IMG/VR virus record: IMGVR_UViG_3300027754_000041
Location: 1 to 64,000 of that record
Length of the DNA: 64,000 bases
Strand: one strand, 5' to 3'
DNA from: a virus
Taxonomy: Duplodnaviria; Caudoviricetes
In this document: positions 21,274 through 32,699 of the stretch, in pieces
Layout of the letters: each line of letters starts with the position of its first letter
Position numbering within the stretch: position 1 is the stretch's first letter
The notes under the pieces: model-generated
What the model saw: only the letters and a program-made list of their open reading frames with translations
What the model was told of the DNA's origin: nothing
The model's database searches: none
Program-made: the position numbers and the translations under genes

Positions 21274-21347
21274 ACTGCACGGGTGAGCTGGTCGAACACA
21301 GATGTCTTATAAACATCCATTGCGGGGTTCAAATCCCCGGTGCAGTA
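21274..21347 (+). tRNA. tRNA-Ile(TAT), non-canonical D-arm
   Basis: ACTGCAC/GTGCAGT acceptor, GATGT-CTTATAA-ACATC anticodon arm, CGGGG-TTCAAAT-CCCCG T-arm. Confidence 0.8.
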
Positions 21348-21366
21348 CTAATATTAAGGACCTCAC

Positions 21367-21699
21367 ATGCTTATTAGCAGACAACCTTGGATGAACCAGT
21401 CTTCATGTCGTAACGAAAATTTAGAGATATTTTTTCCTAATAGATACACTGAAAATAATGTAGCTAAACCTTTTTCAGTGTGTAAAAATTGTCCTGTAAA
21501 AGTTCAATGTCTTCAATATTCTTATGCTACTGATTCCATAGGCATATGGGGTGGCACCACCGAATATCAACGTAATGTAATTCTTGTAAATTATTTTAAG
21601 AAAAAACCCAAAAAACTTACCTTGTCTGATGCTAGACAGATTATAGATAATGACTATTATTCTGTTTCTATTAATTCAAAAAGTTTAGATTCATACTAA
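21367..21699 (+). CDS. whiB: Second WhiB-family transcription factor
   Basis: W...SSC, FFP, CKNCPVKVQC, GIWGGTT. Confidence 0.9.
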   Translation: MLISRQPWMNQSSCRNENLEIFFPNRYTENNVAKPFSVCKNCPVKVQCLQYSYATDSIGIWGGTTEYQRNVILVNYFKKKPKKLTLSDARQIIDNDYYSVSINSKSLDSY

Positions 21700-21738
21700 T
21701 TCTAAAAAAACACATCCTTCTAAAAGATAGGCTACAAC

Positions 21739-22485
21739 ATGACCAGCGAATCTTTTGCCAGCGATGATGATCTCTTTGGTTACGACCCATCTCAAGAATC
21801 ATCTTCGTTACCAATCAACCCTATCAACTCTAGTTCCGATTATTCTAATTCTGATATATTTCAAGACATTAGTAAACGGATAGATAGCTCTAAAGATAAT
21901 GATCTTATAGGATCGTTTACATTAAAGATACGCTTTGCTCAATCTTTACTTGAAGCGTACACAGAATTTGTTCAACCAACTACTATATCCTTTCATAAAG
22001 CCGTACATCAAACATTAGATAAATTGACTAATGGTAATTTTTCTCTTATATATATGTACAATTATTTAGAGCAGAATATTATTAGAAGACTACATATAAA
22101 ATATCTTATAGAAAGTTCTTTTCTTTCCGAAAATAACTCTTCTATAAGTTCAGATTTTAAGTCTTTTTTATCTAAAATAGGATTGGACATTGATTCTACT
22201 TTTATAAAAATTCACATCAAAACCAATATAGATATCAATAATCATATTCTAAATAATGAGCGATCTTTATATATGGATTTAGTAGAAAAATTATCTTATA
22301 CTCCACATCCTTTAATAGATAATCCAGAACCTAGCAATAATGACATCCATGAATCTATACCTAATAGTATTCAAGGGTATCATCAGGACATGTATGAATC
22401 TATTTTCATGGCTCTTGCAGATTCCAGCTATACAGATAAATTATCACAATTATATCTTAGCCCAGTAAAGGTGTCTCAATTATGA
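21739..22485 (+). CDS. Hypothetical protein
   Basis: 248-aa ORF. Confidence 0.7.
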   Translation: MTSESFASDDDLFGYDPSQESSSLPINPINSSSDYSNSDIFQDISKRIDSSKDNDLIGSFTLKIRFAQSLLEAYTEFVQPTTISFHKAVHQTLDKLTNGNFSLIYMYNYLEQNIIRRLHIKYLIESSFLSENNSSISSDFKSFLSKIGLDIDSTFIKIHIKTNIDINNHILNNERSLYMDLVEKLSYTPHPLIDNPEPSNNDIHESIPNSIQGYHQDMYESIFMALADSSYTDKLSQLYLSPVKVSQL

Positions 22486-22940
22486 AAAAGATAAAATTAA
22501 AAAGATTCTTTATAATGATTGCTTCAGCTTCTGCAGTCGCTGCAATAAATTATACAATTTTTCATACTAGCTTTGTATACTTTGCTTTACTGGTATTATT
22601 CTGTCATGAGTTAGGTCATTACTTTGCCGCTCGGATAAATAACATTTATTCAGATCTTCCTTATTTTATACCATTTCCAGTTATATCGTTGGGTATTACA
22701 CACATTCCTAATATGCGTAATCTATCAAATTCTTTGAAGAAAAAGATATTAGCTTACGGACCTATTACCGGATTTATGGTATCTATGTATTTTCTTTTCC
22801 TTTCCTTTATCTTTCCTTCCATCCCAACTTCCACTTTTTTGCTTCTTTCTATATCTGAATTTGTATTTAATTATTTTGGTTCTGACGGTAAAAAATACCG
22901 CTCAATAAACGAACAGGAAAATACATTATGTATTTTATAA
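22482..22940 (+). CDS. M50/site-2-like intramembrane metalloprotease, short form
   Basis: HELGH inside a TM helix, AYGP, GSDG. Confidence 0.7.
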   Translation: MKKIKLKRFFIMIASASAVAAINYTIFHTSFVYFALLVLFCHELGHYFAARINNIYSDLPYFIPFPVISLGITHIPNMRNLSNSLKKKILAYGPITGFMVSMYFLFLSFIFPSIPTSTFLLLSISEFVFNYFGSDGKKYRSINEQENTLCIL

Positions 22941-23722
22941 TTGCTCCTTTTATATTAACAGGTTTAGTTTTAAAACTGATTAATAATAAAAAAGAAAAAG
23001 ACAAACTTAATAATCAGTTTTCTTTTCTTATTGAAGAAAAAGATTCGTTAAACCTTATATTAAACAAGTTCAAAAACAAAATAACAGAAGAGGCAGATAC
23101 CAATGGAACCGACAGATACAAATACGAGCACTTTAACAAATAAATTTCCTAAATCATTACAGTCATATTTAGAAGATTGCTGTTTTGATATTCAAGCTAA
23201 TCCAAATTTACTTTCTGGATCAGAAACCTATTTAATAAAAATACTATCAAAGATAGCTGTTGGCTCGGCTACTGTATGGTGGTCAATCTTAGAATTAAAG
23301 CAATTCATTAAAAACCGCCAATCTATCTAGGAGTACTAATGAGCTCAGAAGATTATAAAAAGATAGAAAAGATTAATAAATTTAACTTTTCATTTGATAT
23401 GGTTACAAAAAGTAAAGACGACATCCAAAAGCAGCGCGATGCCGTAAAAGAAAGAATAGACAAAATAGTAAATCATTTTACAATAGATGATGTACCTATT
23501 CTCTCTTATATACTTCATGTTACCAGCTCTAGGCCTGAACTAAAAAAATTATCTAAAGCCTTAGATCGACTTGCTGACTTAGCAGAAGTTAATGCATCTT
23601 TGAATAATAAACTTAAAGTTATTGAAGCAGCCGAATCAGATCCTAATTGGTTTGCTTTAGCTTTTGGCGATTTTGATCAAGAAATAGATAATGATCTAGA
23701 AAAGTTCTTTACTCAAGATTAA
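22928..23722 (+). CDS. Three small hypothetical ORFs (22928-23143, 23103-23330, 23339-23722)
   Basis: Overlapping co-oriented ORFs. Confidence 0.65.
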
Positions 23723-23748
23723 TTTTTATACTTAAGGATATTTATATT

Positions 23749-25389
23749 ATGGACAAAGTTTCTTACGCATTCGTTAAAGAAAAGGATAACTTGATTTTTA
23801 GATCTAAAGTTAATTCTTTTAATCTAGATCATGTTACCGATAAAGATATAGCTTCTTTTTATGCATCGTTTTCTGAATACGCTTATTTCGATACAGGACT
23901 GTTGCCACTTGATGGTACTGGCTTGTTAGGAATTAGGAAAGCTGGAAACCATACTCAGGTTATATATCAATATAAACCTGGTATGTATTATGTTAATTGG
24001 GGTGCTTCAGAGCGGGACCCCCATGCCAAGAAGTATTATCTAGCTCAACCATATCGTATTGTTATTATTGACTTCTTAGATAATAACCTACTAGGCGCTA
24101 GAACATTTTACTCTGTTGAGCCCGCAAATCATGGAGGCATACAGTTATACCATGTTAATCTTCCCAACATAAACTGTAAAGGTTATCGCGGCAATGGTGT
24201 TGGTTGGATATGCTTGTACCATAATGAAGATTGGTCTGCTTTGTCTTTCAACGATAGATTGAACAGGGCTCTTGAGCGTTGTTCGGGCGTTGAAGTTTAC
24301 AATGATGCCAACATGAGCGAAACCGATGGTCCAAGATTCTATGCTGAAAATGAAATGCCTGGATACACTTCTGTCCCTGAGCGATGGGAAAGAAAATCTG
24401 AATCAGAAGGCTATGAATGGACATTAGATGCCTCTGAATGGTTACCTATTTTAATCAAAGATAAAGATAATCAAGAAAAACATTATAACGATGGTTCCCC
24501 TCTTACTCTCGTCGATGCAATCACTGGTAATTACAGTGCATATTATGGTGACACATTTTTGCCAAAACCAATCAATGCTATAACCCGTCCCGATTTAAGT
24601 TTAGAGACCAGCCAGATTACAAATTGGTTTGTAAAATCTTACAACTCTTCTCTAACTACATTCTCTGGCATAGACCCATATTCTTCAAGCGCTGCGTATA
24701 AAGAAACTATTTCCATCACACCTGTCAATCCTCCTTCGTTATTTGACGAAGATGAAGACAATGAAGACGAAGAATCAGAAGAACAAGATAATGATATCTT
24801 TTGCCCAATGAGCGAAACTTGGATAAACTCTAGTGATTGTGGCCCACATATTGAACTTATTGTTCAAGAAAACGGAAACGAAACTAATGTTTGCATGAAC
24901 TGTGTTAATAATCATGGCATGGATTATGTTTATGTTAAAAATGCAATGAAGTTTTATGATTCAGATAGTAAAGATCTTGTTTATGATACGCTTTTAAATG
25001 AATATTATTTAATATCAGCAATTAAAAATCCTTGGGCAGTATGCACAAACTGTGAGTCTGTACATATAAGCATAGACAAAGATAAATTAGTAGTCAATGT
25101 TTGGGATAAAATTGGTGGAATTGATTTAGACGATTCTCAACCAAATCAAGTTTGCGAAAATTGTTACCCTAAATATACTTCAGATATTTCTGGTATAGGA
25201 AACGAAACCCATCTCGATTGCTGTGATCAGTGCTCTTGCTTTATGCCTTCTCAAGATTCTATATTTTGTGTAGATACAATTATTTCGGGATTTCAGGGAG
25301 TTCATTCCCAAAAGACCTGTACAACTTGTTCACATGTTATTTATAATCAAGCTGAAGTAAAGCCGTCTGATGACGAAGAACCATTCTAA
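23749..25389 (+). CDS. Prokaryotic E2-like protein (family D/PRTRC-B-like) with Cys-rich C-terminal region
   Basis: QPYRIV...LYHVNLPN...GWICL...N pattern; multiple CxxC; adjacent to JAB/E1/Ubl. Confidence 0.7.
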   Translation: MDKVSYAFVKEKDNLIFRSKVNSFNLDHVTDKDIASFYASFSEYAYFDTGLLPLDGTGLLGIRKAGNHTQVIYQYKPGMYYVNWGASERDPHAKKYYLAQPYRIVIIDFLDNNLLGARTFYSVEPANHGGIQLYHVNLPNINCKGYRGNGVGWICLYHNEDWSALSFNDRLNRALERCSGVEVYNDANMSETDGPRFYAENEMPGYTSVPERWERKSESEGYEWTLDASEWLPILIKDKDNQEKHYNDGSPLTLVDAITGNYSAYYGDTFLPKPINAITRPDLSLETSQITNWFVKSYNSSLTTFSGIDPYSSSAAYKETISITPVNPPSLFDEDEDNEDEESEEQDNDIFCPMSETWINSSDCGPHIELIVQENGNETNVCMNCVNNHGMDYVYVKNAMKFYDSDSKDLVYDTLLNEYYLISAIKNPWAVCTNCESVHISIDKDKLVVNVWDKIGGIDLDDSQPNQVCENCYPKYTSDISGIGNETHLDCCDQCSCFMPSQDSIFCVDTIISGFQGVHSQKTCTTCSHVIYNQAEVKPSDDEEPF

Positions 25390-25429
25390 CTAAAAATAAC
25401 GATCAATAAATTCCCATTAAGGAGATTAT

Positions 25430-27148
25430 ATGTCTGACAAAAAAGAAATATCACTTGAAGATCTACAATATTTTTGGATGCCTTCAGGAGTCCCATGCTT
25501 TATCGCTGACAATGACAATATATGCGATATAGTTGAAAACATGGGTTTTAATATTTATTATTTACTTTCTAATAAAAAAATTATTAAAGCACCAGTTGTC
25601 ACTACGCCAAAAAATACTACTGTAGTTTCTGGCACAGCATACAACTCCTACACGTTAGGTGCTCCAACTGCACCCCCACAGCCAACAGTAACATACGAAT
25701 CTTGTTTATTTAAGGTTGTAAACAATTTTGTTGGAAGAGTAGTTGAAGCTTCAACCGATGAACTTCCCGATACTTTCCTTTCTCTTGAGGAAGCATGTGA
25801 ATATACAATGCCACCTATACCTCATGTATTGGTAGAGAAAATGGATCAATTCTTTAGACTTGTCCATTCTCAGCACGGCACTGAATCAATAGTTCTTCTT
25901 ACTTTTGATATGAATAAAACTGGTTCTGATGGTTGGGGCATTCTAGTTCCTGAACAAACAAATACTTCCGTTCATTGCAAGTATGATGCTGACAGCATTG
26001 CTGAGATTAAACCAGAACATGTTATGATAGTTGGTTCTGTTCATTCACATCCAGAAATGTCTGCTTATGCATCTGGCACTGATCATGAAGATCAATCAGA
26101 TTTTGACGGCTTGCACATAACTTATGGTTGGCAGAAAACTATGAATCATGGAGCCACCCAATATCATATGGAACTTCAGATGTCAGGTACAGCTTATTCT
26201 CTCAAAGTTCAGGATGTTTTTGAGGAGTACATTGTAGAAAAAATACCTGATCCCGAAGTTGTAGAATGGTCCGGTAAAGTAAAAAAAGCGCTCCCCCCTT
26301 TAGCGGGGGGTACAACACCGCTGGCTTCGGCGCAGGCCCAATATCAACAACAGACAAAAACAATTTACTCAGCAACTGGGACAACTCATACAACGGCTGG
26401 GGTGGCTACAACTAAATCTTATTCTAATAGAAATAAATCTTGGGCTGATATGATCAATACATTAGAAGTTAATTCTATTGTAATAGGTGAAGTAGAAGCA
26501 AGAAACAGTAATTTTTCTGTTTGTCCAAGTTGCGATTTTGATTTAGATATGCCAGATTACACTTCTGGCTCATGTGGTGTTTGTGATATTCCAATTGTTT
26601 TGGAATCTGATGGCATACATGACATATCTTCAAAGTTCGAAAAATATTGTCAAGTTAGAAAAATTAATAAAAATTCTCTTATTGTTTATTTGTTTGGGTC
26701 AAATGATAAAGCTGAACAGTACTTAATGAAGATGAATTTTTCTGATGACGTCTTTCCTCATGCTACAGCTACAGATTATGCTTACGAAAAAGATTCAGAT
26801 TATGTTCATTTAGCTTCTGATCTATATGATGATGATGGCACTCGCACAATATGCTGCAACATACCAATGGAGGACTATTTGAGTGCTTGCTTTTGCCAAC
26901 CATCTGTGTTGCTAGAAGATTTAGTACTTTTTGAAAAATACACTGAGCATGTAGATTTGTATGCGCCAAACACTGTTTGCGGTGAATGTGTTCATTACCA
27001 TACATCATTGTGCCCAGACTATAGAAATCTTTTAATTGATTTTACTAAAAGCAATTTATTAGATTTATTTGAAGTTTCAAATTCTATTTCTCCATGTCCA
27101 AGTTACGAAAGTCTTTATATTACACTTGAAGCAGAATCAGAAAGATAA
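25430..27148 (+). CDS. JAB/JAMM metallopeptidase with Cys-rich C-terminal extension
   Basis: Upstream Glu (GTES) plus HSHPEMSAYASGTD = HxH-x7-S-x2-D; DGLHIT. Confidence 0.9.
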   Translation: MSDKKEISLEDLQYFWMPSGVPCFIADNDNICDIVENMGFNIYYLLSNKKIIKAPVVTTPKNTTVVSGTAYNSYTLGAPTAPPQPTVTYESCLFKVVNNFVGRVVEASTDELPDTFLSLEEACEYTMPPIPHVLVEKMDQFFRLVHSQHGTESIVLLTFDMNKTGSDGWGILVPEQTNTSVHCKYDADSIAEIKPEHVMIVGSVHSHPEMSAYASGTDHEDQSDFDGLHITYGWQKTMNHGATQYHMELQMSGTAYSLKVQDVFEEYIVEKIPDPEVVEWSGKVKKALPPLAGGTTPLASAQAQYQQQTKTIYSATGTTHTTAGVATTKSYSNRNKSWADMINTLEVNSIVIGEVEARNSNFSVCPSCDFDLDMPDYTSGSCGVCDIPIVLESDGIHDISSKFEKYCQVRKINKNSLIVYLFGSNDKAEQYLMKMNFSDDVFPHATATDYAYEKDSDYVHLASDLYDDDGTRTICCNIPMEDYLSACFCQPSVLLEDLVLFEKYTEHVDLYAPNTVCGECVHYHTSLCPDYRNLLIDFTKSNLLDLFEVSNSISPCPSYESLYITLEAESER

Positions 27149-27154
27149 AATATT

Positions 27155-27907
27155 ATGACAACTAAAAGATTTATAGTTATTGGTGCTGGCGGTATAGGTA
27201 CTTGGCTTACCGCTGGATTAGTTAGACTCTTGGAATGGAAATTTCCTGGATCCGCTCTTATTATTGTAGATGGAGATAATTATGAACAGAAGAATAAAGA
27301 ACGTCAAGAATTTACTAAAATTGGCAACAAAGCAGTCGTTAAAGCGCACGAACTCACACCGCAGTTCCCAAATACTACCATCATTCCGATTCCTAAATGG
27401 GTTGTATCCGAAGACTTTGGTGGAGTCACCACTGAAGAAGACGCTCCGAAAATTAAAGCTTCAGATCTTATTAATGAAGGAGATATTGTTTTTGCGGTTG
27501 TCGATAATTTTGCAGCTCGTAAAATAATATTTGATTCGGCTTCTCGGTTAAACAACGTAGATGTTTTTACTGGCGGAAATGATGATGCATTATTCGGTTC
27601 TGTTTATCACTATCAAAAAAGAGATGGTAAGCAGATAACTGAACATCCAGTTGCATTTCATCCAGAATACGAGAACCCACCAGACAAAAACCCTGGTGAG
27701 CTATCTTGTCAACAGCGTTCGGAGATAGAAGGTGGCACTCAATTACTTGCCACTAATATGGCCGTAGCTGCATTAATACTTGGTCGAGTACAGAAAACAA
27801 TTGTATTAGATCAAAGTCCTGAAGAAACAGAAATCTATTTTGATTTAGGTCTTGGAAAATCTGAACCATATAATAGATTGTTTACTTCTATTCCAGTAAC
27901 AGTTTAA
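27155..27907 (+). CDS. ThiF/E1-like ubiquitin-like protein-activating enzyme
   Basis: IGAGGIG, DGD, RQ, NKA, VDN..AR, candidate catalytic LSC. Confidence 0.92.
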   Translation: MTTKRFIVIGAGGIGTWLTAGLVRLLEWKFPGSALIIVDGDNYEQKNKERQEFTKIGNKAVVKAHELTPQFPNTTIIPIPKWVVSEDFGGVTTEEDAPKIKASDLINEGDIVFAVVDNFAARKIIFDSASRLNNVDVFTGGNDDALFGSVYHYQKRDGKQITEHPVAFHPEYENPPDKNPGELSCQQRSEIEGGTQLLATNMAVAALILGRVQKTIVLDQSPEETEIYFDLGLGKSEPYNRLFTSIPVTV

Positions 27908-27941
27908 CAACAAAAACAACAATAAAATCAAGGAGACAATC

Positions 27942-28193
27942 ATGGAAAATCAATCAACTGGTCCTTCTGCAGCTCGTCCTGCAGGTATGGCTAATCTAAG
28001 ATTCGGTGTTTACAATCAGCCTACAAACGTAGCTGGCAAATCAGTTCAAGAAGCTCGTGAACAGTTTTCGAAAATTTGGGGCATCCCAACTGATTCCGTT
28101 GCATATAAGGGCAAGGATAAGCTCGATGAGAATTATGTTATCCAACCAGGTGACAACGTAGAGTTCCACCGTCGTGCTGGAGAAAAGGGCTGA
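27942..28193 (+). CDS. Ubiquitin-like beta-grasp protein
   Basis: 83 aa, YVIQPGDNVEF followed by a free tail ending AGEKG; strong RBS; follows E1. Confidence 0.85.
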   Translation: MENQSTGPSAARPAGMANLRFGVYNQPTNVAGKSVQEAREQFSKIWGIPTDSVAYKGKDKLDENYVIQPGDNVEFHRRAGEKG

Positions 28194-28211
28194 TACATTC
28201 AGCTTTAGGTT

Positions 28212-28257
28212 TGTGGGAAGATATTCTAATCCGCTGAATATCTTCCCACATTTTTTT
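28212..28257 (+). terminator. Intrinsic terminator after Ubl
   Basis: 15-bp perfect stem TGTGGGAAGATATTC/GAATATCTTCCCACA plus T7. Confidence 0.85.
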
Positions 28258-28290
28258 GCAAAGGGTTAAGTCTATCCAATAGGGGACAAA

Positions 28291-29895
28291 ATGTTATTTA
28301 ATGAAATAAAATTAGGTTATCCATCTTTGTGGCTTAAAACCACTGAATCAACAAGGGCAATCCAAAGTTTAACTACATATGATTTTAGAACTTTTTTTAC
28401 TATAGATTTTGAATTAGGTTTTTGCCAATATATTCAAGGTGCTTGGAAAACTATTCTAATTGATATTTTAAATCCAGAAACAGAACAAATAGTTCCAACA
28501 GCTACTTTTAATTCTGCTGTTGCTATGGATTACTTAATGAAGACAAAATTTGAAAAGCCTATAACCTTCATCTCTAATCTGCTAGGTAAGCCAGACGAAG
28601 CATTAGCTCCTTACATTCCTTTTATTTCTTTTCTAAATTCTAACTATCGTACAAATTTTTGGTTAGATGATGTCTCTGCTTCCAATAATCAAATCCTTTT
28701 TATTTCTTCTATTGACTGTCCAGAAGAATATACTCATATGTTTAAGAACATAGAGTTTTCTTATCCTACCCCTGAAGAACTATCTACTGTTGTTAATCAT
28801 ATAGATACATCTTCTGCTGGAAGGTTTGTCCAACAAGATTCTGTCAAAGAAATTGTTAGAGCTGGTTTAGGATTAACTGAAGATAAATTTGTTGATCTAT
28901 GTCTTCAATCTATTGTTCAAACAAATAAAGTTGATCCAAAATATATCTATGATCAAAAGATGCTTCAGATCAAACAGGCTGGAATATTGGAGATTATTAA
29001 ACCATCTATATCTTTTGCTAACATCGGTGGATTAGATAATATTAAAGATATTATTCAAAGAACCAAAGCATTGTGGTCTAACCGAGAACAAGCTAAGTCT
29101 TATGGTGTTGTTCCGATCAGAAGAGTATTAATGGTTGGCGTTCCAGGCACTGGTAAATCTGCTATCTGCCAAGCTACTGCGCATGAGCTAGGTCTTGATT
29201 TGGCCCGCACTGGTATCAGCCAAGTTATGAATTCTTTTGTCGGTCAATCAGAATCAAACATGAGAGCAGTCTTCAAGCAGATAAAGATGATGACTCCTTT
29301 ATGTGTTTGGATAGACGAGTTTGGCAGAGACCTATCAGGTGGTGCAAGTTCTTCTTCTGTAGATGCTGGCACTACTGACCGTGTTCATGGTGAGTTCTTA
29401 ACTGGATTGCAGGAACTTCCAGAAGATACATTCTTGATGTGTGCTGCTAACCAGATTGAAAACTTAAAACCAGAAATGTTAAGAGCTGATCGCTTTGACA
29501 AAATTGTTTTTGTTGGTCTTCCTTCTTTATCGGAAAGAAAAGATATACTTAAAATCTATCTTAAATCGATCAAGACTGACCATGAATTTGATTATGATAT
29601 TCTTTCTGAAAAGACTGAATTCTTTACTGGAGCCGAGTTATCAGCTTTAATTAAAGAAGTCAAGTTCTTTGTTGTTTCCTCTGAGTTGCGGGCTATCAAT
29701 ACAGCTGATATTATGAAGTATATTCCGTTAACAAAAAATATACTCTGGAATAAAAACAGAGATATGATTAAAGGCATGTACCAATATGCAATGGAACAAT
29801 GGGATTGGGCGTCGACAGAACAGCAAAACGATGCTAAACTGATTCTATCCGGAAGAAAGTCTGATTCTCAATTAGAGTCAGCTTGGAAAATATAG
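28291..29895 (+). CDS. AAA+ ATPase (Ycf46/CDC48-like; degenerate N-terminal plus active C-terminal module)
   Basis: IGGLD, GVPGTGKS, pore loop FVGQSE, WIDE, AAN, PEMLRADRFD. Confidence 0.92.
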   Translation: MLFNEIKLGYPSLWLKTTESTRAIQSLTTYDFRTFFTIDFELGFCQYIQGAWKTILIDILNPETEQIVPTATFNSAVAMDYLMKTKFEKPITFISNLLGKPDEALAPYIPFISFLNSNYRTNFWLDDVSASNNQILFISSIDCPEEYTHMFKNIEFSYPTPEELSTVVNHIDTSSAGRFVQQDSVKEIVRAGLGLTEDKFVDLCLQSIVQTNKVDPKYIYDQKMLQIKQAGILEIIKPSISFANIGGLDNIKDIIQRTKALWSNREQAKSYGVVPIRRVLMVGVPGTGKSAICQATAHELGLDLARTGISQVMNSFVGQSESNMRAVFKQIKMMTPLCVWIDEFGRDLSGGASSSSVDAGTTDRVHGEFLTGLQELPEDTFLMCAANQIENLKPEMLRADRFDKIVFVGLPSLSERKDILKIYLKSIKTDHEFDYDILSEKTEFFTGAELSALIKEVKFFVVSSELRAINTADIMKYIPLTKNILWNKNRDMIKGMYQYAMEQWDWASTEQQNDAKLILSGRKSDSQLESAWKI

Positions 29896-29904
29896 GAGAT
29901 TAAA

Positions 29905-32691
29905 ATGTCAGACCAAATAGATTTTGCCAATATAGAAGAAATACTTGAAAACATCAAAATAGATAAAGATACTCCTTCCAACCAATCAATTTCTGATGTT
30001 AAGCAGTATGATCAAGACCTCTATAAGAAGTGGTTCCGCTCAAAAACTCAAAGTGGATTCCTTTCTATTAAGCCATGGTATCAGGGTTTAAAATTTAAGA
30101 TTGATATTGGTAAGACTTCTCCTGATGGCAAGCTTCTCGGTAGCACAATGATTTTTGTTGATGCCATAGATTTTGCTGCTTATTTAGATTCTATTATTAA
30201 TGGTACTGCAAAAACGAATTTTCCTCAGAATGATAAAGGTGGCATTCCTACTGAAGAAGGATTTGTTTCTTATGGTGGTGGCATAATTGATTCTAAGCCA
30301 ATATCTAGAATATTTAAATCACATTATTGGCAGAACTCTGATAAGACTTATGACCAAAATTCTTTTGCTTGGAAGTGTGGTCATTTTCAAGCTCGCAAAA
30401 CAGAAAGTGGTGCCTTCATACCTAATATGAGTTCGCCCGTTTCTGTTGATAGCATAAAGGTTTCTAGGCAGGATGTAGTTAGTATAGCTTTTATACTTAA
30501 ACTTTCTTTAACTTCTCACGTAACTAATAACCCAGATTGGTACAACATATAATATGGAAGACTTAAATCAACAAGAAGATTTTACTGCGGTCAAAGATCT
30601 TTTGCATATTCTAGTAGAAGATATCTACAAGAAAATCAATAGTGAAATTGAAAGTCAGTTCAATGGTATATTTAAAAAGATAGATTCTTATGAACAGCAA
30701 ATAGCAACCATAGTTCTTGCATACGGTGAACAAGCTGTTATGATGGAAGCACTTATGGCACAAATTGCTTTTGCTTCTCCAGAAGCCCAAAAAGCTTTTT
30801 ATGATCAGTTAGCTATAAGCCGCCAACAAATGTTAGAGGTGATGAATGACGCATCCACAGGATTTGTGGGCAGCCAAGATCCAGGACTTGGAAAAGCCCT
30901 TGGGAATTTGGTTAAGGAAAAGCTACCTAGCACAGAGCAATAAAAACGATTGCGTTTTATTTGTAGATAAACAAAATTACTTGTTGCTACAAAATTTTTT
31001 ATATATTTCTAAAATATATTCTATAATCAAAACTATATATCCAGATTTTAGGTCTTTACATATTGCTGAAAGCTCTCTTCTAGTATTTCTTAGACAATCA
31101 AAAATTGAACTTTATTCTATTGAGGTATAAATATGCTTATTACTAATTTTTCTACTAAAGAATCTTTTAACTCTTTTTGGAATAATCAATTATCTACATT
31201 ACATGGAGCTACTCGGTTAACCGCTCCTCTTTATGTATTGTGGAAATTTAAAAAAATAGATTTAATTAAAGCTCATATAGAAAATGATATTAGTATTTTA
31301 AATTATGTAGAACAGATTTCCTGCTCTGATAAAGAACAATATGTTGAAGTAGTTAATGAATACAACTCAACCTATTCAGGGCGGGTTTTATATATATATC
31401 CTTATACTTCTACTAAATTTTTCAATAATTTATTTAAAGATATTTTACCTTCTGCTAAGGATACTTTAATTTCTACTCTATTTTCTCATTCTGATTACAA
31501 GCCTAATATTGTTGTAGATCTTTATGATTCTTCTTCTGTTAGTAGTTTTAAAGCTTGTATTCTGTCTGAATATAACCCAGAACAGCCAGATTTAGATAAA
31601 CTAAATTCTCTTTGTTTCCCCGAAAAATCTGTTCAATCTGACACAAATATTGCACTTAAAGATATATTAACTTATATGGATTTTCTCATTAAAGATAATA
31701 TTGCTTATTCATCATATATTAAAGAACTTGAAGCTGCGGTCAGTACCTTAAGTTTAACAATAGATAAAGACCAAAAAGAAGGATTAAACGGCTACCTTTT
31801 AAGCTGGCATTAATATAACTATATAATATTAGGAGTTTTATGTATAAAATAAAAACAACAGAATTAGGAAATAATTTTTTTACTGTTAAACACGGTGATA
31901 AATACACTGTTAATTTCTACATTAACAAAAATTACGATCAAATACCTAGCGATAAAGTTGTTTATGACTTCTTTAATAGTGGGGAATTGTTTCACAATTT
32001 GCCACAAAATTCAAAGATAATGAGTGCGGCTGAATCATTAGGCACAATATATAACGCATACGTTATGGGTGAAGACAATGTTAATTTCATAAAGAACCCT
32101 AATCCTGATATCAGTACTTTACCTCATTGGGTTAAAAGGTATGTTGACGACCGTTTAAATGGATGGATTTTTGACGTTTCTCTTATATTCCACATCGAAG
32201 AAACTTTAATTGATTATCCTATATGTAAACATTTTACTGGACAAGGTGTTGTTTCTCCCAATTACCACTTTGCTAATATACCATTAAATTCTAATATATG
32301 CTCAAATTCTAAAGTTTATACTTCTAAGACTGTTCCTCATTCATGCAGATATTCTTCTAATACTTCAAGTAGTAATTTTTCTAAGTGCCCATTTTATGAA
32401 TATAATTATGATGTCATAAAATCTATTTCTTTAAATTTTGATACAGAAAAACAATTAGACTTAGAACTTAGATACTCTAAACTCGCAAATAACATTGCAA
32501 TATATCAAGTGTATGATTTAACTCATAACCAAATAAATTATACCATTAAGTCTGATGATACTCCTGAATTTTCTGAAAATGCTCTTTTAGTTCTTAACGA
32601 AATAGTATCTTCATATGAAACTTGCAAAGACATATCCCCTAGCAATGTAGCTATTAGTAAAAATAAAAGTTACATTCTTTCTTTAGTCTGA
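29905..32691 (+). CDS. Five hypothetical proteins (29905-30552, 30554-30943, ~30846-31130, 31133-31813, 31840-32691)
   Basis: Contiguous co-oriented ORFs. Confidence 0.7.
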
Positions 32692-32699
32692 GGTTCACT

